From: Alphaproteobacteria bacterium
Lineage (GTDB): Bacteria > Pseudomonadota > Alphaproteobacteria > Rs-D84 > SZUA-605
Length of the DNA stretch: 64,000 nt
Direction: 5' to 3'
Assembly (NCBI GenBank): GCA_031549385.1
Contig: JAVBPW010000001.1
Coordinates: 288,001 to 352,000, forward strand
Shown: positions 20,061 through 29,699 of the stretch, in pieces
How positions within the stretch are numbered: the stretch's first letter is position 1
Layout: every line of letters starts with the position of its first letter
Notes under the pieces: model-generated
Database searches by the model: none
Seen by the model: only the letters and a program-made list of their open reading frames with translations
Told to the model about the DNA's origin: nothing
Program-made: the position numbers and the translations under genes

Positions 20061-20675
20061 ATGAATAATAAATTGTATAAAATATTTTTTAAAAGTTTAC
20101 CTCTTTTAATGTCATGTATTATAGGGTTACTTATTTTCTTTATTGTGGATATTATTGTTTTTAAAGAAAGTATTAGCTTTTTAATGCGTAATTTGGGAGC
20201 TATATTACTTAGTGTGCCAGTTGTATTTGTTTGCTATCAAATTGCTTATGAAATTAGCTTGGAGCGATTAAAGGGAATATTATTTAAAAAGGCTAGAGTG
20301 CAAATTGATTCTTATTGTTCAGCTTTAGCAGTTATTATTATAAAAAAGTTTAAATTGGAAGAATTTGATACAGATGTGTTTGAAAGAAAAAAAATTAAAG
20401 CTTATCTTAAACCTTATAAAGAATTTGATTTAAAGCATTTAGATTCCATTAGAAAAGGTTTGAATAATTTATTAAGAAATAGGGATGTTAATACTGTGTT
20501 AGATTCTGTGCAGCTTCATAATATTTATGAAATAAATAGTAATTTATCTTTTTTAATTAAAGAATTAAAAGGTGAAAAAGATAAAGTTCTTATAGAAAAG
20601 AAATTAGAAAATATTGTTCAACTTTTATGTAAATGGATTTCTTATTCAAAAGAAGAGTTATTGTATATAAAATAA
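20061..20675 (+). CDS. Hypothetical 2-TM protein, tandem paralogue 2
   Basis: Shares VPVVF.CY, RLK.I.FK.AR, KKFKL.EFD, QLHNI, N.NLS.LI.ELK with upstream ORF. Confidence 0.8.
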   Translation: MNNKLYKIFFKSLPLLMSCIIGLLIFFIVDIIVFKESISFLMRNLGAILLSVPVVFVCYQIAYEISLERLKGILFKKARVQIDSYCSALAVIIIKKFKLEEFDTDVFERKKIKAYLKPYKEFDLKHLDSIRKGLNNLLRNRDVNTVLDSVQLHNIYEINSNLSFLIKELKGEKDKVLIEKKLENIVQLLCKWISYSKEELLYIK

Positions 20676-20704
20676 AAAAATCCCCAAAAGGGGATTTAAT
20701 TTTT
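20674..20704. terminator. Bidirectional terminator
   Basis: aaaaaaatcccc-aaaa-ggggattt. Confidence 0.7.
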
Positions 20705-21239
20705 ATTCTTTGCAACAATTTACACTGTCACGTACCCATGCTCCAAGAGATGAAAATACTCCCTTTTTTTCTGTATCGTTTTTGTGCATTGCTTTGTCGT
20801 CTATTTTCTTTATTCCTTCTGTGGTGATTAAATTCATATTGAGTCCCCAGAACAATGAATATAGTTCATATGCTTTATCAAATAAGTCATAAGCTTCTTT
20901 TTTATTTCCATTGCCTAATGCTTTTGTTCCAACTTCCATTACTCTCATTGAAGCGGCTAGCAAATGCTTTGAAATACACCAAACTTCGCCTTCGTATTTT
21001 GTTATGATTTTTCCTAATAATTCTTTTCTCATTTCACGAATTGGATTGATTAAATCATAATATCCTGGCTTTTGAAGTTTTGCACCTGTGAAAAAGAAGT
21101 GTTCTTCTAAACTTATCAAGTTCATTATAGCAATTGATAAATCTTGGTCTGATGAAAGGTCTAATGGGTTTTTTTTCTTTGCATCATCCATTTTTGTGAT
21201 TAATTCTTCCATCGATAATTTTTTTGGTTCTTTAGACAT
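20703..21239 (-). CDS. Hypothetical helical protein with putative metal-binding residues
   Basis: SD AAGGAG; LEEH, WCISKHLL and C-terminal NCCKE. Confidence 0.8.
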   Translation of the reverse strand: MSKEPKKLSMEELITKMDDAKKKNPLDLSSDQDLSIAIMNLISLEEHFFFTGAKLQKPGYYDLINPIREMRKELLGKIITKYEGEVWCISKHLLAASMRVMEVGTKALGNGNKKEAYDLFDKAYELYSLFWGLNMNLITTEGIKKIDDKAMHKNDTEKKGVFSSLGAWVRDSVNCCKE

Positions 21240-21251
21240 TATTTAACTCCT

Positions 21252-21737
21252 TTATACTATAAATGCAAAGATTGCTGTTAAGATTATTAATATACCTACT
21301 GGCATTACTACTTTTTGAAATGCAAAGTGTGCGTGTCCACCATTTTTTGCTTTTAAATATTGATACCAGACGTTTCCAAAATATAGACCAAAGCTTCCTA
21401 GTACTATTCCTAATAAAATTTTATCTATACCCCATAGAGTGTGTTGTCCATATTGAACATTTGGTAGTAAGTAAATTGAAAATGTTAGAGAATAATAAAT
21501 TAGAACATTTAATATTTTTGTCCAAGTTGCTGTTATGTTCTTTTTTTCTAAATAATTATTTGTCCATACTATTAGTGATACTGTTAATCCACCCATCCAA
21601 ATTGATACTAGTAAATCGTCGATACCTAACCAACGTGAAACGCCTAATCCTGCACCTACTGCAACTGTACATACTGGGCAAACTGCATTTGCTGTTGTTG
21701 ATGCTAGTAATGTTAATAATGCTAATAATTTATACAT
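21252..21737 (-). CDS. Membrane protein with N-terminal CPVC motif
   Basis: SD GGAG; signal peptide ANA| then VCPVCTVAVGAGLG..WLGIDD; ~4-5 TM; GGHAHFAFQK. Confidence 0.8.
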   Translation of the reverse strand: MYKLLALLTLLASTTANAVCPVCTVAVGAGLGVSRWLGIDDLLVSIWMGGLTVSLIVWTNNYLEKKNITATWTKILNVLIYYSLTFSIYLLPNVQYGQHTLWGIDKILLGIVLGSFGLYFGNVWYQYLKAKNGGHAHFAFQKVVMPVGILIILTAIFAFIV

Positions 21738-21833
21738 TTTGTAAATCTCCCCTTTGATTTAATTAATGCTGTAATGAGAGCATATCATAAGAGTTATTGC
21801 AATAAAAAATTATTTTAATTGTGGGAAATTTAG

Positions 21834-21910
21834 TGGCGTACCCAGAAGGATTTGAACCCTCAACCTCTTGATCCGTAGTCAAGTGCTCTATCCAATTGAG
21901 CTATGGGTAC
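21834..21910 (-). tRNA. tRNA-Arg(ACG)
   Basis: GTACCCATAGCTCAATTGGATAGAGCA-CTTGA-CT-ACG-GA-TCAAG...GGTTCAAATCC..TGGGTACGCCA. Confidence 0.97.
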
Positions 21911-21960
21911 TTTTATTACAAAAGAGCATATTATATTGCTTTTGGTAAAATTGCAAGATT

Positions 21961-22158
21961 TTATTCGATTTCTTGCTGAATCTCTATATTCGCTGGGTCT
22001 TGAAGTTCTAAATCTTGAGTTTCTGTGGGGATTGCTCTTTGAGTTTCAATTTGTTCAATTATCCATGTGTCTAGGTTATCGTAGAATAATTTGTAGGCTC
22101 CATAAATTGCAAATATATAAACTATTACTATCCAAAGTGTTTTAAGATATTTACTCAT
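21961..22158 (-). CDS. Small single-TM hypothetical protein
   Basis: 65 aa, N-terminal TM, acidic tail; abuts nusB stop, SD GGAG. Confidence 0.65.
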   Translation of the reverse strand: MSKYLKTLWIVIVYIFAIYGAYKLFYDNLDTWIIEQIETQRAIPTETQDLELQDPANIEIQQEIE

Positions 22159-22159
22159 T

Positions 22160-22564
22160 TTATAGTTCTTCTCCTATTTGGTTTATTATTTTTGATATTT
22201 GCTTTATTTGTTTATCGTCATAATAAAGTGATGCTATTTTTTGATATTGGCTTACTATTATTTTTATGTCCTTGCCTAAATAAATCAATTCACATATTGC
22301 GCAAAGAATTATTGATTTAATAAAAGAATCTTTAATATCTGTATTATTTTTCTTTAAAAGCTCTTCCAAATAAGATTGATGTTCTATTGTTGTTTTATAA
22401 ATTTTATTCACTGTAGCATTTTTGGGAGTGCCTAAATTTTCTATATTTTCTAACATCAAATCTTTGATATTGTTTTCATCAAGTTCAAGAAGATTACCGT
22501 AAACTTTTTGAACTGCAAACAAACGAGAGGTTAAATTTTCTTCTATTGTCTTTTCTTTATACAT
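22160..22564 (-). CDS. nusB: Divergent transcription antitermination factor NusB
   Basis: SRLFAVQKVY, IILCAICELIY, IIVSQYQKIASLYY pattern of NusB fold. Confidence 0.7.
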   Translation of the reverse strand: MYKEKTIEENLTSRLFAVQKVYGNLLELDENNIKDLMLENIENLGTPKNATVNKIYKTTIEHQSYLEELLKKNNTDIKDSFIKSIILCAICELIYLGKDIKIIVSQYQKIASLYYDDKQIKQISKIINQIGEEL

Positions 22565-23099
22565 AACTTTCCATTTTTATTTTTAAAATACCTATAGGTT
22601 TTCTTATATCATTTTTTGAGTAAAAGTCCAATTCTATTTTTTGTTTATTATCATAGAATAAAAAAATGTCTTTATCTTGAGCTTGATTTGTTTTTTCAAA
22701 GATTAGAAAATCATTAGGCTTAATATTTAAGTTCTTATATATAAAATCATGTTCTGTTAATCCAAAATATTGTTTTTTAGGGTCTAAGACAAATGATGCT
22801 ATTGGAAAAGATGTCTTTAAAGTATTTAAATTTTTTGCATATACTGGAAGAAATTTTAAATTGTTTTCATCTTCTTGAACTTGATATGTTTCTTTCTTTC
22901 TTATTATTATTGCTCTTTTTTGAAGAGGGAGCATTGTTATATATTCTTTCTTTTCAAGTTCTTTTAATAAATTTGATATTGATGATTTTGATTTAAGAGA
23001 TTGATGTTCTTTCATTTCTTCAAATGTTGGAGAAAACCCATTTTCTTCAATGTAATTTTTAATATAGGACAACAACATATGCTGCTTTTTTGTTAGCAT
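22557..23099 (-). CDS. lexA: LexA-like repressor with intact wHTH and degenerate peptidase domain
   Basis: MLTKKQ..LL.YI..GFSPTFEEMK..LKSKS alphaproteobacterial LexA N-terminus; C-terminal domain lacks AG and GDSM motifs. Confidence 0.75.
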   Translation of the reverse strand: MLTKKQHMLLSYIKNYIEENGFSPTFEEMKEHQSLKSKSSISNLLKELEKKEYITMLPLQKRAIIIRKKETYQVQEDENNLKFLPVYAKNLNTLKTSFPIASFVLDPKKQYFGLTEHDFIYKNLNIKPNDFLIFEKTNQAQDKDIFLFYDNKQKIELDFYSKNDIRKPIGILKIKMESYV

Positions 23100-23135
23100 C
23101 TTATTTTCTCTTTTAGTTAAATATTATTTAACAGT

Positions 23136-24476
23136 CTATAGAGAACTTAAATTTTTTTCAAGCCAGTTTTGTGAGTAGTTGCCAGATATAAATCCTTCAT
23201 TATTTAATATTTTTAAATGAAGAGGGATATTTGTCTTTATTCCTTCAATTACAAATTCACTTAATGCTTTCTTTAGTTTTTCAATTGCATCAGCTCTGTC
23301 TTTACCATGAACTATTACTTTTCCTATCATAGAATCGTAATTTGATGGAACTGTGAAACCTTCATAAATGAATGAGTCAAAACGTAAACCTTCTATGTTT
23401 GGCACAACTAACTTTGTTATTTTGCCGGGATTTGGTAAGAAAGTTTCTGGATCTTCAGCATTAATACGGCATTCAATTGCATGACCTTGTGGTCTTAGAT
23501 AACGTTGTCTTATTGATAAATCTTGCCCATTTGCTATTCTGATTTGTTCTTTTACTAAATCAACACCAAATACTTCTTCTGTGATTGGATGTTCTACTTG
23601 TAAACGTGTATTCATTTCCATGAAATAGAATCGATTGTTTTCAAATAAGAATTCAAATGTTCCAGCTCCTCTGTATTTCATTTTTTCTACAGCTCTTTTT
23701 GCTGTTTCCCAAATGTAATCTCTTTGACGTGATGTTAATGTTGGAGCAAGTGCTTCTTCGATTACTTTTTGGTGACGTCTTTGAACTGAACAATCTCTTT
23801 CTCCGATTGCTACTGCTCTTCCACGTCCATCACCGAAGATTTGAACTTCTATGTGTTTTGGATCTGTTAAGTATTTTTCCATATATACAGCTGGATTTCC
23901 AAAGGCTAGTTCTCCTTCTTTACGAGCTGAAAGGAATGCTTCTGTTAGTGCATCTTCTTCGAATACTTTTCGAATTCCACGTCCACCACCACCATAAGCT
24001 GCTTTTAATATTACAGGATAACCTATTTTTTCAGCCATCTTTTTTGCTTGTTCAATTGTAGCAATTTCACCGTTTGAATCTGGCACAATTGGAAGACCTG
24101 ATGATTTTGCTGTTTCTTTTGCAGCAATTTTATCACCCATTTTTTTAATATCGCTTGGTTTTGGTCCTATAAACATTAGACCATGTTTTTCTATGATTTC
24201 TGCGAATTCTTCGTTTTCAGATAAAAATCCATAACCTGGATGAATTGCATCACAACCTGTTATTAATGCGGCTGTTACTAATGCAAATTTATTTAAATAA
24301 GATTCTTTTACACTTGCTGGTCCTATACATACTGCTTGGTCAGCTTTTTTTACATGTAAAGATGTTTCGTCTGCTTTAGAATATACTGCTACAGTCTTGA
24401 TACCCATTTCTTTGGCAGCTCTTATTATTCTTACAGCAATTTCACCACGGTTGGCTATTAGGATTTTTTTTATCAT
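23136..24476 (-). CDS. accC: Acetyl-CoA carboxylase, biotin carboxylase
   Basis: KILIANRGEIA, HPGYGFLSEN, GGGGRG, ERDCSVQRRHQK, EMNTRLQVEHP. Confidence 0.97.
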   Translation of the reverse strand: MIKKILIANRGEIAVRIIRAAKEMGIKTVAVYSKADETSLHVKKADQAVCIGPASVKESYLNKFALVTAALITGCDAIHPGYGFLSENEEFAEIIEKHGLMFIGPKPSDIKKMGDKIAAKETAKSSGLPIVPDSNGEIATIEQAKKMAEKIGYPVILKAAYGGGGRGIRKVFEEDALTEAFLSARKEGELAFGNPAVYMEKYLTDPKHIEVQIFGDGRGRAVAIGERDCSVQRRHQKVIEEALAPTLTSRQRDYIWETAKRAVEKMKYRGAGTFEFLFENNRFYFMEMNTRLQVEHPITEEVFGVDLVKEQIRIANGQDLSIRQRYLRPQGHAIECRINAEDPETFLPNPGKITKLVVPNIEGLRFDSFIYEGFTVPSNYDSMIGKVIVHGKDRADAIEKLKKALSEFVIEGIKTNIPLHLKILNNEGFISGNYSQNWLEKNLSSL

Positions 24477-24480
24477 GATT

Positions 24481-24918
24481 TTAATCTATTATAAATAATG
24501 GAGTTTCAAATTCTACGCTTTGGCCATCTTTTACTAAGATATCTACTATTTTGCCTTCTTTTGGAGCTTTGATAGGATTAAATGTTTTCATAGCTTCAAT
24601 TAAGCATAGTGTTTCACCAGCTTTTACTGTTTGACCTTTTTTAACATAGTTTTGAGCTTGTGGTTCTGGAGATAGATATGCTACTCCTACCATTGGTGAT
24701 TTGATTGTTTCGCTTGTTGCAGATGGTTTGCAGTTTTCTGGAGTTGCTACTGAGCATGCGTCTGCTTGTACTGATGAGCCACCTTGAATTTGTTGATTTG
24801 ATACGCTGACTTCAATGTCGTTAATTTTTGCAGCGATTTGTGTTATATTATTTTGTTTCAACTTATTTGACAAAAAATCAATAAGAGTATCTAACTCTTT
24901 TAAATTTTTCTCATTCAT
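24481..24918 (-). CDS. accB: Biotin carboxyl carrier protein
   Basis: IKSPMVG, IEAMKTFN biotinylation motif. Confidence 0.96.
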   Translation of the reverse strand: MNEKNLKELDTLIDFLSNKLKQNNITQIAAKINDIEVSVSNQQIQGGSSVQADACSVATPENCKPSATSETIKSPMVGVAYLSPEPQAQNYVKKGQTVKAGETLCLIEAMKTFNPIKAPKEGKIVDILVKDGQSVEFETPLFIID

Positions 24919-25013
24919 TTGTTTTCCTTGTTTTTTATTAATACTCGCGAAAGTATAGTAAAAATTTAGGAATTATTCAAGAAATTTATTTTATAGTAGT
25001 TTTTACTTGTGGA

Positions 25014-25352
25014 TTACTTGATAAACTCTAGCTTTGTTACTGCTGCATAACCAAAATATGTATTGATTTTATCGCAAATTGTTTTTTCTTGATGAGATAT
25101 TATTGTTACTATTGCAGGGTTTACTGCTTTTAATAATAATGTTTGAGAATTTGGTTTTAATCTTTGTGGGATTATTAAAGTTGCTACATTTTCTCCTACT
25201 ATTGATTTCCAATTGCTTAATAGCTTTGTTTGAGAAAAGCCACTTTTAGAGTCTAGTTTATTTAGAATCGAGAAAATTGATGAATCTACTAAATTTAAGC
25301 CTTGTGCTTTTCGTGTGCTTAAATTTAATGGAACTATTTCTTTTTTCTTCAT
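25014..25352 (-). CDS. DUF721/DciA family protein
   Basis: WKSIVGENVA, ICDKINTYFGYAAVTKL. Confidence 0.8.
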   Translation of the reverse strand: MKKKEIVPLNLSTRKAQGLNLVDSSIFSILNKLDSKSGFSQTKLLSNWKSIVGENVATLIIPQRLKPNSQTLLLKAVNPAIVTIISHQEKTICDKINTYFGYAAVTKLEFIK

Positions 25353-26275
25353 TTTATACTTGCTGATTTGCTCAATATATATTTTTTTAGTTTTTCGAAT
25401 GCGGAATTTTCTATTTGTCTTATACGTTCTTGAGAAATGTTTAATTTATCGCCTAGTTCCCTTAAAGTCATAGGATTATCGCTTAAGCGTCTTTGGACTA
25501 TAATTTCTTGTTCTCTTTTCGTTAGTGTATTTAATCCATCAATTAAATATTTTTTTAAATGTGTTTGAAGTTCTTTATTAATTACTAAATCTTCTGATGA
25601 ACTTTCAGATGATGGAATAAAATCAAGATGCTCTGATTTGTCTTCATTGTTTGTTTTTGTGTTTAATGAATAATCACCTTGAAGACGCGCATTCATTTCT
25701 ACTACTTCATTTTCTTCTACATTTAATTTTTGAGCTATTTTCTTTATTTTTTCTGGAGACATTTCTTTGTCTTCATATACACCTAACATATCTTTTGTTC
25801 TTCTTAAACCAAAGAATAACTTCTTTACATTTGCTGATGAACTTATTTTTACCATTGACCATGAAGATAATATGTATTCTTGTATGAAAGCTTTTATCCA
25901 CCAGATTGCATATGTCGTTAAGCGAAATCCTTTTTCAGGTTCAAACTTTTTAATGGCTTGCATTAATCCTATGTTTCCTTCAGAAATTAAATCACTTAAT
26001 GGAAGACCATAGTTTTTAAAATCGTATGCTACTTTTACTACTAAACGAAGATGAGATGATATTAACATCTTTGCTGCTTCTTGATCACCGCTTTCTTTAT
26101 ATTTTTTTGCTAGCTCTTGTTCTTGTTCTTCTGTTAGATATGGAAACTTTTGGATGGCTTGAATGTATTTTTTTAAACCAAGCGCAGAATCGTGACCTAG
26201 AGAAGGTAAAGTAGTTGTTGCTTCTACTAAATCTTTTCCGGTTTCTTTTGATGGTTTCTTATTTTCTTTTTTCAT
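25349..26275 (-). CDS. rpoH: RNA polymerase sigma-32 factor
   Basis: SHLRLVVKVA, YGLP..DLISEGNIGLM, WWIKAFIQEYIL, KKLFFGLR RpoH box, SQERIRQIE. Confidence 0.93.
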   Translation of the reverse strand: MKKENKKPSKETGKDLVEATTTLPSLGHDSALGLKKYIQAIQKFPYLTEEQEQELAKKYKESGDQEAAKMLISSHLRLVVKVAYDFKNYGLPLSDLISEGNIGLMQAIKKFEPEKGFRLTTYAIWWIKAFIQEYILSSWSMVKISSSANVKKLFFGLRRTKDMLGVYEDKEMSPEKIKKIAQKLNVEENEVVEMNARLQGDYSLNTKTNNEDKSEHLDFIPSSESSSEDLVINKELQTHLKKYLIDGLNTLTKREQEIIVQRRLSDNPMTLRELGDKLNISQERIRQIENSAFEKLKKYILSKSASIK

Positions 26276-26329
26276 TTCTGCCTCTTTATATAAGGGGAGT
26301 TAAATAAATTTAAAGACTTCCCTTTAAAT

Positions 26330-26929
26330 TTATTTACGTCCTGTTGCAGTTCTTCTTTTAATTTCGTAGTTAACTTTATCATATATTAATTTGTATGTGT
26401 CTTCACCAAGAAATTCAGTGATTGTTTCACTTCCCATTGAGTATTGTGAAATAGTTTGAATTATTAATCTTGTTTCAGTTGTCTTTGAATTTATTTTATC
26501 AAAACTTACTGATAAACGATATTTTTGTCCTACTTTTTCTCTTTTTTGTGAAGGAGATCCTGCAGCTACATAAGTGTTACCTGAACTTGATCCACCACCA
26601 CCTGCTGCTAATGCAACTGTTGTTGTTAACAATAGCCCCATTCCTGCATAAGTTGCTGTACTTGTTCCTGATGATGAACTTGATGTTGTTTCTTGACCAG
26701 ATAAAGAATTTCCTTCAGCAACAATTAATCCACCTGAAAAATCTTGGTTTTGAATTACATAACCGTCGTCTTGTAAAACACTTTTAAATGCTTGAAATGT
26801 GTTTTCAAATGTTGCATCAAAGGTTTTTACCTGCATAACTCTTTTTTGTTGTGGCGTTACTGTTGGTTCTGGTGTACTTGTACAAGCAAATAAAAATAAT
26901 ATTGATAATAATATGCTTATTTTCTTCAT
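26330..26929 (-). CDS. Hypothetical lipoprotein
   Basis: Lipobox LFAC; MQVKTFD..VLQDDGYVI; Ser/Gly-rich insert with a hydrophobic segment. Confidence 0.8.
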   Translation of the reverse strand: MKKISILLSILFLFACTSTPEPTVTPQQKRVMQVKTFDATFENTFQAFKSVLQDDGYVIQNQDFSGGLIVAEGNSLSGQETTSSSSSGTSTATYAGMGLLLTTTVALAAGGGGSSSGNTYVAAGSPSQKREKVGQKYRLSVSFDKINSKTTETRLIIQTISQYSMGSETITEFLGEDTYKLIYDKVNYEIKRRTATGRK

Positions 26930-26939
26930 ATTTATTTCC

Positions 26940-27338
26940 TTAGAATTGTGCTGATAATACAGAATAATCGCTTACAACATCATTTTTATTGAATGTTATT
27001 ATCAAATCAAAATTTGTTATTGAATTTGATGCTGAAGCATTAGCTGATCCGTAACCTACTAGTAAAGGAACACCTGCTGCAAATGATGATGATTTTCCTG
27101 ATTTTTCAGTGCTTTGTTTTGAATATGTCCAAACTTCTTGGCCTGAAGAATTCTTTGTTATTATATTTGGAGCACCAAATAATTCTAATACTTCATTTTG
27201 AGTTGTTTTACCTTTAACTATTTTGCTTTTTACCATTCCATAAGTTAAGTTTGATTTTTGTGGTGCTGGTTGCTCTTGTGTTGATCCACATGCACCTAAT
27301 AATAATGCTATTGAAAGTATTGTGATTGTCTTTTTCAT
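26940..27338 (-). CDS. SmpA/BamE-fold lipoprotein
   Basis: Lipobox LGAC; GKTTQNEVLELFGAP...VWTY...IITFNKNDVV. Confidence 0.75.
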   Translation of the reverse strand: MKKTITILSIALLLGACGSTQEQPAPQKSNLTYGMVKSKIVKGKTTQNEVLELFGAPNIITKNSSGQEVWTYSKQSTEKSGKSSSFAAGVPLLVGYGSANASASNSITNFDLIITFNKNDVVSDYSVLSAQF

Positions 27339-27375
27339 TTTTATTGCTCCTTTAAAGATTTATCTGTCTTTTATT

Positions 27376-29130
27376 CTAGCTTTTAAAAGTTCCATCTTCA
27401 AGTAAAAACTGGATTTGTTTGCGGTTATTCCAATTATTTATCTTTATTTTACCTGCTAGTTCAAAAGTTGAACCTATGTTTTGTAATAGAGCGTTGCTTA
27501 AATCATTCTTTTCATAGTTGAATAATAATACAGTTATTGGCTTGTTTGTGCTGGATTTAAACGTGGCTTTTATATGTTTATTTGAAAAAATTTGGGTTGA
27601 TTGTAATCTTGCATCTTTTAAAACGAATCGAGGTTCTTCATTTGAAGTACCAAATGGAGATAGTTTTTTTATTTCTTCAGCTAGTTCCATTGTTAGTGCA
27701 CCTGCGTCAATTGTCGAATCAATTGATAGTACTCTTGAAAATTCTTTTCCATTAAGTTGAGTGGTTATTTGTTCGTTTATGAACTCTTGGAAGATTTGTA
27801 GATTTTCTTCTTTTAAAGAAAATCCTGCTGCCATTTTATGTCCACCACCTTCAGTTAAAATCCCATTGTCTTTTGCTTTTATTATTATTTGACCTATATC
27901 TATTTGTTCGACTGAACGACAAGAGCCATTTATTATTCCATCTTTAACTGTTCCTATTAAAGTTGGGAGATTAAATTTTTCTTTTATTCGGCTGGCTATA
28001 ATTCCCATTATTCCTGGATGCCATGTTTGATTGAATAAAAATACAAAGTTTCCATAATCTTCTTTTTGAGATAATTGATCCAGAGCATCTTCTAATATTA
28101 TTGTTTCTATATTTTTTCTCTTTGTGTTTTCATCATTTAAAATGTTTGCTAATACACATGCTTGAGTTTCATCATTGCATAAAAGTAATTGAGTGCCTGT
28201 TGATGATACACCCACACGGCCACCTGCATTTATTCTTGGTCCTAATATGAAACCTAAATGAAATATGTCGATTGTTTCTTTTATTCCTGCTACATCAGCT
28301 AATGCTTTTAGACCTATGTTTTCACGTCTTTGAATTTGACATAATCCAGTTTTTACAAAAGCTCTGTTTGCGTCTACTAGAGGAACTACATCACAAACTG
28401 TGCCTAATGCAACTAAATCCATATACTTTAATAAATCTGGTTCTGAAATATTATTTTCTTCGAAATAATTAATTTGTTTTAATCTGTTTTTCAAACCTAC
28501 TAAAAATAAAAACACTACCCCTACTGCTGCAAAATATTTATGATTTGTTTCTTCATCAAGTCTTTTGGGATTTATTACAGCATGTGCTGATGGAAGTTTA
28601 ACTTCTGCTTCGTGATGGTCGATTACTATTATTTCTAAATCTATTTTATTTGCATGCTTGATTGGTTCAAATGCTGTTATACCACAGTCTACTGTTATAC
28701 ATAAAGTTGCTCCGTTATCTTTGAAGCTTTGAAATACTTTTTCATTTGGCCCATAACCATCCTCTTCACGGTCTGGAATGTGCAAAAGAAGAGGGCATTT
28801 TAATTTTCTTAAAAAATCATAGAGAATCGAAGAGGATGTTGCACCGTCTACATCATAGTCACCAAAAATTGCTATTGTTTCTTTGTTTTTAATTGCTTGA
28901 ATTGCTCTTTGAATTCCTTTTTCCATGTCTTTAAAATCAAATGGATTTGGAAGAAGGTTTTTAATTTTTGGATTTAAATAATTTTCTATGCCATCAAGTG
29001 GAATTTCTTTTGATGCTATTATTTGTGCGAGAATCGGAGATAATTCAAATTTTTGTGATATAAGTTGTGAGAAACGATCGTCGTAGTTTTTTAATTTCCA
29101 TTCTTTGTTTAAGAGAGATTTGTTTGTCAT
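27376..29130 (-). CDS. recJ: ssDNA-specific exonuclease RecJ
   Basis: GDYDVDG, VDCG, IDHH, LGTVCDVV, GPRINAGGR, GGGHKMAAG. Confidence 0.97.
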   Translation of the reverse strand: MTNKSLLNKEWKLKNYDDRFSQLISQKFELSPILAQIIASKEIPLDGIENYLNPKIKNLLPNPFDFKDMEKGIQRAIQAIKNKETIAIFGDYDVDGATSSSILYDFLRKLKCPLLLHIPDREEDGYGPNEKVFQSFKDNGATLCITVDCGITAFEPIKHANKIDLEIIVIDHHEAEVKLPSAHAVINPKRLDEETNHKYFAAVGVVFLFLVGLKNRLKQINYFEENNISEPDLLKYMDLVALGTVCDVVPLVDANRAFVKTGLCQIQRRENIGLKALADVAGIKETIDIFHLGFILGPRINAGGRVGVSSTGTQLLLCNDETQACVLANILNDENTKRKNIETIILEDALDQLSQKEDYGNFVFLFNQTWHPGIMGIIASRIKEKFNLPTLIGTVKDGIINGSCRSVEQIDIGQIIIKAKDNGILTEGGGHKMAAGFSLKEENLQIFQEFINEQITTQLNGKEFSRVLSIDSTIDAGALTMELAEEIKKLSPFGTSNEEPRFVLKDARLQSTQIFSNKHIKATFKSSTNKPITVLLFNYEKNDLSNALLQNIGSTFELAGKIKINNWNNRKQIQFLLEDGTFKS

Positions 29131-29139
29131 TATCCCTCC

Positions 29140-29568
29140 TTAATAACTTATATATATTTCAGTTCTTGTGGAAAAGTCTTCGTCCTTCTTTAGTGTTTCA
29201 TCTGAGTAAATTAATTCATTCTTTGTTCCTTGTTCAAAAGATAGTTGTATTGGTTTAATTTTATCTTTTAAATAATATTCTATTCTTTTATTTCTTTCTT
29301 TGGAAACATTTGATGCGGAAGCATAAGAGATTATTTTTACTACGCTTGGATATTTGTTGTAAAATTCAACAGTTTGATCCAATGCTTTTTTGTCTGAATC
29401 ACTTAAGATGGTTGAATTTGGTTTGTAATATAAGACGCTAGATAGAAATGTAGTTGTATTTGCTCTTTTTCTTAAAGAGTAATCCATTGTGATTTGTGGA
29501 TTATCTTTTGAATAATCTGTACCACATGCTCCTAATAATAAAACTAATACTAATATAACTCTTCTCAT
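29140..29568 (-). CDS. Lipoprotein with OmpA/Pal-like C-terminal domain (divergent)
   Basis: Lipobox LGAC; LYYKPNSTILS..KKALD..VSKERNKRIEYYL..RTEI. Confidence 0.6.
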   Translation of the reverse strand: MRRVILVLVLLLGACGTDYSKDNPQITMDYSLRKRANTTTFLSSVLYYKPNSTILSDSDKKALDQTVEFYNKYPSVVKIISYASASNVSKERNKRIEYYLKDKIKPIQLSFEQGTKNELIYSDETLKKDEDFSTRTEIYISY

Positions 29569-29699
29569 CTACACAAACTTTTTATTCATTCGTTATTTAG
29601 TTTATTTTAATTTTATATAATTTGCAATAAATATAAATATTTCCTTGATTTTGTCTTTTTTTTCATTAAAAAGAAGTTTGTAGAAGGGGACATGGGGAA

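Noticed and set aside
26292-26324. Hairpin upstream of rpoH as an RNA thermometer or terminator
   Set aside because: Long AT loop, no clear U-tract, and it does not cover the SD; too weak to call
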